IMG/VR virus record: IMGVR_UViG_3300044608_000145
Coordinates: 1 to 64,000 of that record
Strand: one strand, 5' to 3'
DNA length: 64,000 nucleotides
Source of the DNA: a virus
Lineage: Duplodnaviria > Caudoviricetes
The position numbers and the translations under genes were made by a program. Shown here piece by piece: positions 36,302 through 44,884 of this stretch. Below the pieces are notes generated by a model. That model had not been told where the DNA came from. It ran no database searches and saw nothing but the letters and a program-made list of their open reading frames with translations. Within the stretch, counting starts at the first letter, position 1. Every line of letters starts with the position of its first letter.

Positions 36302-38296
36302 TTATGCTCCTTGAACGATTTCGTTAAACTCAACACCAGAGCGTACAGCGATAAAATTCAACTGGATGAAGTTAATCGAACGAGCTGGCTTGATGTAGAT
36401 GTCACCAACAAATTCGTTACGATCAATTACATCACCAGTGTTGTTAGTGGTATCACAGATTACTTTGAAATCGGTAATGCCTTGGCGACCTTGTACTTCG
36501 CGTAGATATGGCTCAACTAGGTTCTTGAATTGCGCACGAGTAAACTCGTCGTTGAATTCAAACAGAGCAAATTCAGCAGCAGTAGAAATCGCTTTCTCTA
36601 GTACGATGAATAGACGGCGAACGTTGATGCGGTCAAACGCAGATGGTTTAGCCAACATAGTCTTGTCACCAAACAATACAGTACCACGTCCTGGGAAAGT
36701 TACAACTGGGTTTACACCGTTCTTGTAAAGTAGGTCGCGTTCTGCTTGGTTTGGATTAAAGTTTAGCTTAACTAGATTTTTAATCTGACCACGAGTGAAA
36801 CCAGCTGGTGAGAACCATGGGTCACGAGTTTCATCAGTTCTTGCGCATAGACCAGCGATGTCGCCGTTTAGTGGGATGTAGCGATAAACGTCGTTATAGC
36901 GGTCATACTGATACTTGTAACCAGAATCGATTACAGCGTAAGAAGTTGACGATAGAGTATTGCGGAAAGTTACGATAGAATCAGCTGAAGTCGAGCGAGT
37001 TGGCGAAACGAAAGCCACGCAATCTTTACGAGTTTCAGCGATATTGTCGATTACATAGTTAGCAACACCCGAACCTGCTTTACCAGTCATGACTAGAGAA
37101 ACGTCAACAACGTTCTTGTCTTTGAATAGGTCGTATGCAGTACCAAGATTTCCTAGTGTAACCGAACTTTCTGTCGAAGTATCGACACCATTCGAGAACG
37201 ATAGAGTCATTGGTAGAGTTTGAGCTGAAGAAGCGACGCTTAGAGCAACAGCAGCTGGAGCACCAGCACGATGATTTGCCCAATAGATATACTCAGAGTC
37301 AGTTGTAATTACATCTTTGTAGTATAAAGTCTGACCGTTTTCGCCCTTAGCGTTTGTAGCGCGGGATAGACCTTCAAATACTTCTAAAACAGCGTTCTTA
37401 GTACCGCTGAATAGACCATCTTCGTCAACTACAACAATGTGTAGTTCGTCCTGTGCAAAAGTATTACCATAAGCAGCAACAAAGGTCGACTGTCCTGGAG
37501 CTTTATCTACTTCATTGTAGAATTCCCAGTAGCGAGTTAGTGCGTTTGAAGAGTTAGCGGTTGCGTTGGCAGAACCAGTAAACTTGCTATCGAAAGTAAT
37601 TACAGCTTGTGCACTGAATACGCTGGCGTTGCCAGTTTCAACAGCAGCACCAAGAGAAGCTACCTTTAGATATTGGCTCTGACCATTTACAACTAGATAA
37701 TCGCCAACTCTAATTTTACCGATGATGCTTGTAGCAGAAGTATTAGCAGCAGTGTTCGATACAGCAGAAACAACTCTTAAGTTAGCAGTTAGGCTGTTTG
37801 GAACAAGTGTTAGTGTGCCTTCAATAGTAGCAGCGCCATCTGTCATGTCTAGGGCATTGCTATAAGCATTTGCCGAGTCACAAACAGAGATCTTTAGTGA
37901 ATTACCTAGTGTACCAGCATAGCGAGCGTAGTAAACAGCGTTAGCGCCAGCAGAAATACCATCTTCATAATCTGCTAGATTTTTAATTTGAATCGTAGTT
38001 TCAGCAGCTGTGTTAGCCTGTGCGTTTCTAGCAGCTGTATCGATAGCACGAACAACATAAAGAGCGTTGCCGTATGCTAAGAAGTTAGCTGCAGTGTAGA
38101 ATGTTTCGAAATTGTCTGCGGTTGGCTTACCGAAAATCTTTACAAGAGAGTTTTCAGAACTGACTAACACGCGTTCTTCAGCTGGACCGAAGCTAAAAAC
38201 GCCTGCAAACGCACCAACAGAAGCGGAAACTGCTGGTACAACGGTGGTCAGGTCAATTTCTCTTACATTGATACCTGGACTGACTTGGAATGCCAT
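36302..38296 (-). CDS. gp18: Tail sheath protein
   Basis: SPGINVREIDLT, WFSPAG, FDRINVRRLF, KPARSINFI. Confidence 0.97.
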   Translation of the reverse strand: MAFQVSPGINVREIDLTTVVPAVSASVGAFAGVFSFGPAEERVLVSSENSLVKIFGKPTADNFETFYTAANFLAYGNALYVVRAIDTAARNAQANTAAETTIQIKNLADYEDGISAGANAVYYARYAGTLGNSLKISVCDSANAYSNALDMTDGAATIEGTLTLVPNSLTANLRVVSAVSNTAANTSATSIIGKIRVGDYLVVNGQSQYLKVASLGAAVETGNASVFSAQAVITFDSKFTGSANATANSSNALTRYWEFYNEVDKAPGQSTFVAAYGNTFAQDELHIVVVDEDGLFSGTKNAVLEVFEGLSRATNAKGENGQTLYYKDVITTDSEYIYWANHRAGAPAAVALSVASSAQTLPMTLSFSNGVDTSTESSVTLGNLGTAYDLFKDKNVVDVSLVMTGKAGSGVANYVIDNIAETRKDCVAFVSPTRSTSADSIVTFRNTLSSTSYAVIDSGYKYQYDRYNDVYRYIPLNGDIAGLCARTDETRDPWFSPAGFTRGQIKNLVKLNFNPNQAERDLLYKNGVNPVVTFPGRGTVLFGDKTMLAKPSAFDRINVRRLFIVLEKAISTAAEFALFEFNDEFTRAQFKNLVEPYLREVQGRQGITDFKVICDTTNNTGDVIDRNEFVGDIYIKPARSINFIQLNFIAVRSGVEFNEIVQGA

Positions 38297-38348
38297 CTTG
38301 TTTCTCCTTGTTCAAAATAGAGCCAGAAATATAATAATATTTGTAATA

Positions 38349-38356
38349 TATTTAGT
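38349..38356 (-). promoter_or_regulatory. Late-type promoter ACTAAATA
   Basis: Upstream of gp18. Confidence 0.55.
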
Positions 38357-38367
38357 AAAATACGGTT

Positions 38368-40017
38368 TTAGAAGAATAATTCACGGTCGAAAGCAGACAC
38401 ATAAACTTCGTCTTCGAAGTTCATTCCATCGTCGGCAAAGAACGGTAACATGTCGTCTTCCAGTTCTTTTTCTCGTTCTTCCATTAAGTTCTTTCTGACA
38501 TCGGTTTCTAATAAATCTTTGAAATAATTTTGATTTGTCATCCAAGCAAATAATACCAAACACATAACAAGATCGTCATGTTTACCATACTCGGCTTCGT
38601 AAGACGTCCCTTTACTTATAAAAGTAGAGAGTTCACTCAACAAATCGTAATCGTTGATTATCAATTTATTGTTCTCGATCAAAGCCTTCATGTTCAAACA
38701 ACCGACTCGCTTTGTAGGCTGAGTTGTCTTTAGACCAACTCTTGATTGTTTGTGAAATCCACCACCCAGAACCTGACCCTTACGACCAGTTTGAGTGATT
38801 CTCAGTACACCCTCGCACTCAAAATCTGAAATTAACATTTCGGCTATCTGCTGGCCAATGTCGTTAGTTTCAACTAAAATGGGACAAAAGTTATAGAACT
38901 TATGGGATTCATTAATAAAGTGCGGGAACATCTGTGGTTCTACGTTGTTATCTCGATAGACCGCAGCCACTCTATATGGAAATTCGGTAACATCAACAAC
39001 GACGAATGTAGAGTAGTCACCGCCGACACCACGCGCCACGTCAGCCGTCATTACATAACGGTGTTCCGGATCTGGCATCGCATAGATTCTAGTAGAACCA
39101 TGAGTAGAAATAGGATCTTCATAGGTTAGTCGTTGCAAGCACTCAGCCGATAGTAGCGTATTACTAGAACCAAGGAACTCTACTTCGTATTCCTGACGGA
39201 ATTGCTCAGGTGAAGTATTGTTAATTGTTTCTTCTTTCCACTTCTCATCACGACCAGGATATTCAGACCAGTGAACGTCAACCGCTGTATAGCTGTTACG
39301 TTTCTTGACAGCGTCAGTCCACAGCTTGTAATACAGTTCCATACCATTTGGTGTGGATGTAATGATAATCTTGGTTTGCTTACCAGACGAAATAACTGGA
39401 TATGTAGCGGTGAAGAACTTTAGCTGAATGTGTGGCGGAATGTGAGCAAATTCGTCGAGGTACAGGACCGAGATAGACTTACCACGAATAGCAGAACTTG
39501 ATGTAGGCGCACAGATAAACTTGGCACCATTTTCTAGTGCGAAGCTTCGTTTGTTCCAAGCTACAACACCTTGTTGCATCCACAATGGCAGGTTTTCGTA
39601 TGCCATTTGAATACGGTCAAGAATTTCCTGAGCCGTATCCATTTTGTTAGCGAGGATAGCGATATAGGATGGGTTGTCAGCAAACAAGCCTTCGTGTAAC
39701 AATAAGCCAGTCGCGGTGGTAGTTTTACCCATCTGGCGACCGCAACGAACAATAGTAAAGCGATTTTCTTTAGCAGCCTTAACAAACCGCTTCTGAAAGT
39801 CGAACATCTTAAAGTTGATTACACCCTCGTCAAGAGAGATAATCTTTACATATTTCTCACAGAAATAAATCGGATCTTCTTTACACTTTAGGTATTCTTC
39901 GATTTGCCATGGTTGCCACTCGATTTGCATACCGACTGGCTTTAGAAGCGGATTTCCGTTTACACCATTATGTTCAATCTCAAAATCATAATCTTCTTCT
40001 TGCATCACTGCGCTCAT
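38368..40017 (-). CDS. gp17: Terminase large subunit
   Basis: RQMGKTT, YLDEFAH, STPNG, ADVARG, HDDLVM. Confidence 0.97.
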   Translation of the reverse strand: MSAVMQEEDYDFEIEHNGVNGNPLLKPVGMQIEWQPWQIEEYLKCKEDPIYFCEKYVKIISLDEGVINFKMFDFQKRFVKAAKENRFTIVRCGRQMGKTTTATGLLLHEGLFADNPSYIAILANKMDTAQEILDRIQMAYENLPLWMQQGVVAWNKRSFALENGAKFICAPTSSSAIRGKSISVLYLDEFAHIPPHIQLKFFTATYPVISSGKQTKIIITSTPNGMELYYKLWTDAVKKRNSYTAVDVHWSEYPGRDEKWKEETINNTSPEQFRQEYEVEFLGSSNTLLSAECLQRLTYEDPISTHGSTRIYAMPDPEHRYVMTADVARGVGGDYSTFVVVDVTEFPYRVAAVYRDNNVEPQMFPHFINESHKFYNFCPILVETNDIGQQIAEMLISDFECEGVLRITQTGRKGQVLGGGFHKQSRVGLKTTQPTKRVGCLNMKALIENNKLIINDYDLLSELSTFISKGTSYEAEYGKHDDLVMCLVLFAWMTNQNYFKDLLETDVRKNLMEEREKELEDDMLPFFADDGMNFEDEVYVSAFDRELFF

Positions 40018-40448
40018 TCATCTGACTCCAGATTCTTGGCGCGTTCTTTTAGAAACTTTTGTAACTCAGCTGTTGATCCGACGAATAGATTATTGTTAAC
40101 TGTTTTAGGCGAGCCTTCGGGTTGGACACCACGAGCCTTATCGATATCAATTTTTTTCTTGCGTGTTTCAAGCAAGTCTTTGTTGGTATCAGCTAGTGTT
40201 TTAATTAGCGTGGCAACCACTTCGTACGCACGAGGGTGCTCGCTATTCTTAGCAAGCATAATCAACTCATCAAGAGCCTTGTTTCCTTTCTTAGCGAGTT
40301 CTTGTAGATTTTTGCGCGCAAGCTCAAAGTCCTGCTCGGCATCGTTTGTTTCTTCGACGACCGCAGGAAGCTGTTCTTCTTTTTGTTCTTCAACCACAAG
40401 AGGATTCATTTCTAATGCTTTGGTCAAGTTATCCATAATACTGTTCAT
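40014..40448 (-). CDS. gp16: Terminase small subunit
   Basis: EHPRAYEV, NNNLFVGSTAELQK. Confidence 0.93.
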   Translation of the reverse strand: MNSIMDNLTKALEMNPLVVEEQKEEQLPAVVEETNDAEQDFELARKNLQELAKKGNKALDELIMLAKNSEHPRAYEVVATLIKTLADTNKDLLETRKKKIDIDKARGVQPEGSPKTVNNNLFVGSTAELQKFLKERAKNLESDE

Positions 40449-40451
40449 ATT

Positions 40452-41474
40452 TTATACGTCTTCTATCGTTACGATATAATCCCAGTCATCGGTGACCAAA
40501 ATGTATTCTTCGCTAATGCTCAACGAAGAATTAGCTGTACCAGTTCCTTTATAGGTTGACTGGTAGTTGTTTGCTACCAAGTTTGTGTTAAATGCAGAAT
40601 CAACTCTCATGGATATATTATTGGCAATCGATGTAACGAGCTTGAATTGATTGGCAGCTTTTACATAATTACCAACTGCCATAGTTGTGGTAAATGAAGT
40701 TGCGGAACCTGTAACCAAATTTCCAGAAGAAGAAATCGTTCCAGCTAAGTTAGCTGTTGGCTCTAATCCTGGTCGGATTGTCACTTTTTCTAGAGCAGTG
40801 TTTGAAGTACCGATAGCTGTGTCAAATCCATCGATAAAGAAATTGACATTTGCCAACTTAATTAGTTTCTTAGTCTTTGTTGGACCAAAGAAGTAACACT
40901 TCATCGTAAAATCTAAAGTCCAGATTAAAGCACGGCGAGTTTCAAAATCTCCCTCGTACGTGTCGTCTGAAGAAACAGAAAGTAAAACGAGCGGGATATC
41001 TAACTTAATATCCATATCGTCTATTAGCTGAACGGTATTAGTCCACTCCGGAGTAAAGAATGGAAGGATCTGCTCAAGAATTTGAGTACCATCTTCCGCG
41101 TTCTTTACCATGATGCTTAGTTGAAAGTTTACATCGTATGGAACTGGCGCGTACATAATTGTACGATTGGTTCCATTGGTTCCAAGTGCAGTAAACTTCT
41201 TAATTGTGCTTAATTTGCGCTCACCAGCATACGTCATTGATGTCATCTCAAAGCCCATGCGTGGCAAAGAAACAGCGTCAGGTTTTCTTAGAGAAGGATC
41301 TGTTTCGATTCGAGCCAATAGTTTATCGCGTGGTGAATATGAAATAGGAACTTTAATTCGTTTATCAACTACGCCAGCAGTTGTTTTTCTTGAAACAACG
41401 ATGTTGTTGAACATCGTTCCGAATACAACGATATATCTGCGTAAATGTTCGTGGTAAAACTCGTGACCGAAAAT
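40452..41474 (-). CDS. gp15: Tail sheath stabiliser with an extra C-terminal module; probable ATT start
   Basis: Conserved (M)FGHEFYHEHLRRYIVVFGTMFN begins at ATT 41474; LPRMGFE, QILEQILPFFTP. Confidence 0.88.
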   Translation of the reverse strand: MFGHEFYHEHLRRYIVVFGTMFNNIVVSRKTTAGVVDKRIKVPISYSPRDKLLARIETDPSLRKPDAVSLPRMGFEMTSMTYAGERKLSTIKKFTALGTNGTNRTIMYAPVPYDVNFQLSIMVKNAEDGTQILEQILPFFTPEWTNTVQLIDDMDIKLDIPLVLLSVSSDDTYEGDFETRRALIWTLDFTMKCYFFGPTKTKKLIKLANVNFFIDGFDTAIGTSNTALEKVTIRPGLEPTANLAGTISSSGNLVTGSATSFTTTMAVGNYVKAANQFKLVTSIANNISMRVDSAFNTNLVANNYQSTYKGTGTANSSLSISEEYILVTDDWDYIVTIEDV

Positions 41475-41486
41475 GACACTTTCTCC

Positions 41487-42158
41487 TTAGTAGTTGTTGC
41501 CTTCACTGAATGGATCCATTTCACTAAAGTCAAGAATACCTGACTGACCATCGGTTTCAAACTCTTCATTTTGCGCTTGAATATCTGTTAGAGCCACAGA
41601 TGTAGACAAAGCAGTTCCAATATCAACATCTAGTTCAGAATAAATTTGGTCGATATCTGGAATACCAGTATCAAATGTTTCGTTGTTAAATTCAAACAAC
41701 TCGCAAGTCATATCCCATGTTTGTAGTGAACCTAATTGATAGAATATGGCTTCGTGCTCAACAAACATAATCTTATACATTTTTCGAGTCAGTGGGAACC
41801 AGATTAAGTCGCCTTCTAGTGGACGTACCATATTCGATTCTTGTGTGAGAATTTCGCCAGCAAAACTACGACGCGAAACAGTAAAGGTAATTCGATCGCG
41901 AATCTCGAGACCAAACTTCGACATAAAGTCGCCTTCGCCTTCAAATCCATCGACGTTTTTAATGTACATTTCGATAGGATGTGCGGTGTTGTAGGTCGCT
42001 AGTTCTTCTTCGCGGAACACAGTATCTCTGGCTACTACACGTTTCGGTAGATAATACAAATCAATACCGTAGATTTTAATTGATTCCACAACTAAATCTT
42101 CGATAAGGTTTTGCTCCATCGAAGATTGAAAATTGTTAAAGAAAAAGTTGGTGGCCAT
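41487..42158 (-). CDS. gp14: Neck protein
   Basis: EQNLIEDLVVESIKIYG, MSKFGLEIRD, PLEGDLIWFP. Confidence 0.93.
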   Translation of the reverse strand: MATNFFFNNFQSSMEQNLIEDLVVESIKIYGIDLYYLPKRVVARDTVFREEELATYNTAHPIEMYIKNVDGFEGEGDFMSKFGLEIRDRITFTVSRRSFAGEILTQESNMVRPLEGDLIWFPLTRKMYKIMFVEHEAIFYQLGSLQTWDMTCELFEFNNETFDTGIPDIDQIYSELDVDIGTALSTSVALTDIQAQNEEFETDGQSGILDFSEMDPFSEGNNY

Positions 42159-42898
42159 TAGCCAATCATATCCATATTTGGAAGCGAATAGCTATTCAGC
42201 ATTTCTTCTTCCATCTTAGCAATTTCAGCAGCTGCGTCGTCTAAGATTTTCTCACCATTAAACTGAACGCCACCAGGAAGATTCAAACCAGTAAACTTGG
42301 TTAGATTTGAACCCCACTGATATTTGATTTTAGCAGTGCAGTAGTTCTGAAGCCAACGATCGCCCCAAGCGTCAGTCCATGTGTCTGGGTCGACGACTTC
42401 ATATGCTTCTACGATAATGTAATGACCGACATCAACTTTATCCCAATCCATATCGATATGTAAACGATCGCGATGGCGCTCGTAGCGAATTGGTTGTTTA
42501 CCGACTAGCAATTCTTCTAAGAACTGAATGTGTTGCATAGCCATAAAGTATGGCACCATTGACTGGCTGGTTAAAGTATACAAGTCATTAAGCGCAATCT
42601 GATAACGAATATTGAATAGATTATTGGTATTGACTGCATCACCGATGTCAAAGATATTAATCGCGCCGATGATGTTCTCAGGCATGGTAATATACTTGTT
42701 GTCTTTATCAGGTTGAGTTACAAGGTGCTTGTAGTAGGTTCTGTGTGAACCGTCAAAGTGATAATCCCAGAAATAACGAATAGACTCGTCAATACGATCT
42801 TCGACTTGGTCGTCGTCGACGTTGATTTCGATGACTGGCTTACCCAGTTTACGAAGGCAATATTCTTTGAATTGAGCTCTGGTAGCAGGAACTGCCAT
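42158..42898 (-). CDS. gp13: Neck protein
   Basis: YCLRKLGKPVIEINVDDDQ, QWGSNLTKF, LPGGVQFNG. Confidence 0.93.
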   Translation of the reverse strand: MAVPATRAQFKEYCLRKLGKPVIEINVDDDQVEDRIDESIRYFWDYHFDGSHRTYYKHLVTQPDKDNKYITMPENIIGAINIFDIGDAVNTNNLFNIRYQIALNDLYTLTSQSMVPYFMAMQHIQFLEELLVGKQPIRYERHRDRLHIDMDWDKVDVGHYIIVEAYEVVDPDTWTDAWGDRWLQNYCTAKIKYQWGSNLTKFTGLNLPGGVQFNGEKILDDAAAEIAKMEEEMLNSYSLPNMDMIG

Positions 42899-42912
42899 GT
42901 GTATTCTCCGTG

Positions 42913-43788
42913 TTATCCGAGGATATTATCTCGAATATCCTTTATCCAGTATTTAGTAGCTTCGCCATTTTGTTTTATTCTATTATAGGTCGAAGCTGGT
43001 AGATAATCCTCGACCTGTTCGGCATAATCTAGATAGATATCAAACGGATATCCGAACGTTTCTTCTGGATACAGATCTTCATATTTCTTGATAGCTGGCA
43101 TCCAAAAGTTAATTACGATAGATTTAGAAGCCTTGATGTTATGTATTACTGTTTCTCTAGCTGAAATGGCAGTACCAATTAACACGTCGTGCTTCATATT
43201 ATAATGACGAGGTAGATTGGACTGTTGCTTGGTATTCGTTAGTTCTTGTAATAATGCACCATCAACAGCAGGAATTTCTTCAACCTTATCCATATTTACA
43301 GCAAAGACATTAGCATCAAACGCGCTATCGTTTTTAGGAAGCCCAATCATGTGGTACATGTTTAGTCGTTTGTTATCGCCATAGACACGAGGTTTGCTAA
43401 TTGCCAGTCTATGAGTTTCTAGAAGATCTATAATTTCATTTGTAAATGGATCTTTAAGAATCAATGCGCCAGCTGAGACAATAAAATGTTTTCCTTTACT
43501 ATTAAGACCAGCCAATACATCTATCGTAGAACTAACAGTATTGTTTTGATCCCAATCGTCAACTACGAACACTTCTGTTCCACAGAAATTAGTGACTAGT
43601 TTATCATAGTCTTTGAATATCTCAAACTCAGAACTTTTGTGAATGTTCTCTTCGTACATTTTATTGTACTTATCAACTTGAGATCTTGGCACCAAAACTA
43701 CTAGCTTATCGTGCGAAGAGTTCTTTAGGGCTGATTTGATTGTTAGAAACGAACCATGGTGCGTTGCTATAATAACTAAAGTTTTCAT
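42913..43788 (-). CDS. Degenerate GT8-like glycosyltransferase-fold protein
   Basis: FDANVFAVNMDK and LPRHYN resemble GT8 FNxGV..N and LPxxYN; no clear DxD. Confidence 0.4.
   Translation of the reverse strand: MKTLVIIATHHGSFLTIKSALKNSSHDKLVVLVPRSQVDKYNKMYEENIHKSSEFEIFKDYDKLVTNFCGTEVFVVDDWDQNNTVSSTIDVLAGLNSKGKHFIVSAGALILKDPFTNEIIDLLETHRLAISKPRVYGDNKRLNMYHMIGLPKNDSAFDANVFAVNMDKVEEIPAVDGALLQELTNTKQQSNLPRHYNMKHDVLIGTAISARETVIHNIKASKSIVINFWMPAIKKYEDLYPEETFGYPFDIYLDYAEQVEDYLPASTYNRIKQNGEATKYWIKDIRDNILG
42950..42957 (-). promoter_or_regulatory. Late-type promoter ACTAAATA
   Basis: About 50 nt upstream of gp13. Confidence 0.45.
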
Positions 43789-44687
43789 TCTTTGTGCTTG
43801 TATGTTTCTTTCATGTGAGTAAAATACTTATCGATTCGTTCCTGATAGTTGTCGTGATATACACAGACAAATCCAGATTCAGGGTGCGAAAACAAAGCAG
43901 CGAGCTTATTGTAAAGTGTATCCTTGACGCCACAGCGGTCAAGAGCATTGTAAACGTGTTCGAATGTTCCACGACCTTTGCGTTCTTTTAGATCGATAAG
44001 ACCAAGTTTCTTTCCTAAGATAGTAGCTGATAATCCAGTTTCAGAACTCATACAGAAGTATGCTTTTTCGCATTTCTTTAGAAGTGGATACAGAGCCACG
44101 TCATTATTGATACACTTGTCACCCCAACGTTTCATCAGCATGGTCTGCCAAACCTTAGCAGTAATCGGATGCAGTTTAACATATGCGCCATCGGCTACGA
44201 GCTGATCAATTTTTTCCATGTCACACCATCCGCCCTCTTTAGTCAGCAGATTAGTTCCAGGAAGAATTACAAGTTCTTTTACAGGTAGATCGCTTTCTTC
44301 GTCAAGCAAATACTTGTCAGTTAGATTAGCTTTCAGTTTAGCAACAATAGCAAGACCTTCTTCGGTTGGTCCTTTTTTAATCACATTGATCAAATTCTGA
44401 ACAGAAATCGTAGAGTTACATGGCGAAATCATTACAACTTTAGTCAACAAATCTGTATACTTGTAGCCATGAATGCGATCTTTAGGTGATTCGTACGAGA
44501 TATCGTATTCAATCTTAACACCATTTATAGTCTTAGGAATCAACTTAGAGATGTTTGCTAGTTCGTCGTTTTCATCAGAACGTAGTGCATTTCCAGTTTT
44601 CATAAAATGTGTAACTGAGTCGCCGAGCCATTCGTTCGACGACATGTACATAAATGGTTTCTTTTTCTTTTTGACTTCTTCTACCAT
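43785..44687 (-). CDS. KpsC/KpsS-like (capsule-synthesis) glycosyltransferase-like protein
   Basis: YVKLHP and SSETGLSATILGKK resemble the vK.HP / nSsvGlEAll.GK motifs. Confidence 0.5.
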   Translation of the reverse strand: MVEEVKKKKKPFMYMSSNEWLGDSVTHFMKTGNALRSDENDELANISKLIPKTINGVKIEYDISYESPKDRIHGYKYTDLLTKVVMISPCNSTISVQNLINVIKKGPTEEGLAIVAKLKANLTDKYLLDEESDLPVKELVILPGTNLLTKEGGWCDMEKIDQLVADGAYVKLHPITAKVWQTMLMKRWGDKCINNDVALYPLLKKCEKAYFCMSSETGLSATILGKKLGLIDLKERKGRGTFEHVYNALDRCGVKDTLYNKLAALFSHPESGFVCVYHDNYQERIDKYFTHMKETYKHKE

Positions 44688-44701
44688 AACAAAATCCTCG
44701 A

Positions 44702-44857
44702 TTATTTTTCTAAATCTTTTACTCGTTTTTTCAACGATTTAATTTCTTTCTCGATATCAATCATTTTCTGTAGAACTACTTCTACGAAAGATTCGAGTTT
44801 GCGATTTACCATATCGACGTTCACTGGAGCGCCATTTTCATCAGTTTGTATATTCAT
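44702..44857 (-). CDS. 51-aa coiled-coil protein (not in the ORF track)
   Basis: MNIQTDENG...IEKEIKSLKKRVKDLEK with an AAGGAG SD. Confidence 0.65.
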   Translation of the reverse strand: MNIQTDENGAPVNVDMVNRKLESFVEVVLQKMIDIEKEIKSLKKRVKDLEK

Positions 44858-44884
44858 AATATTCTCCTTTTCATATTATATTTA

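Noticed and set aside
8223-40017. Introns, inteins or homing endonucleases in gp41, gp43, gp17 and gp20
   Set aside because: All have normal lengths with contiguous motifs; no HNH, GIY-YIG or LAGLIDADG ORF recognised
41369-41569. 66-aa ORF or programmed frameshift bridging gp14 and gp15
   Set aside because: Out of frame with both genes; the in-frame ATT with an SD explains the gp15 N-terminus more simply
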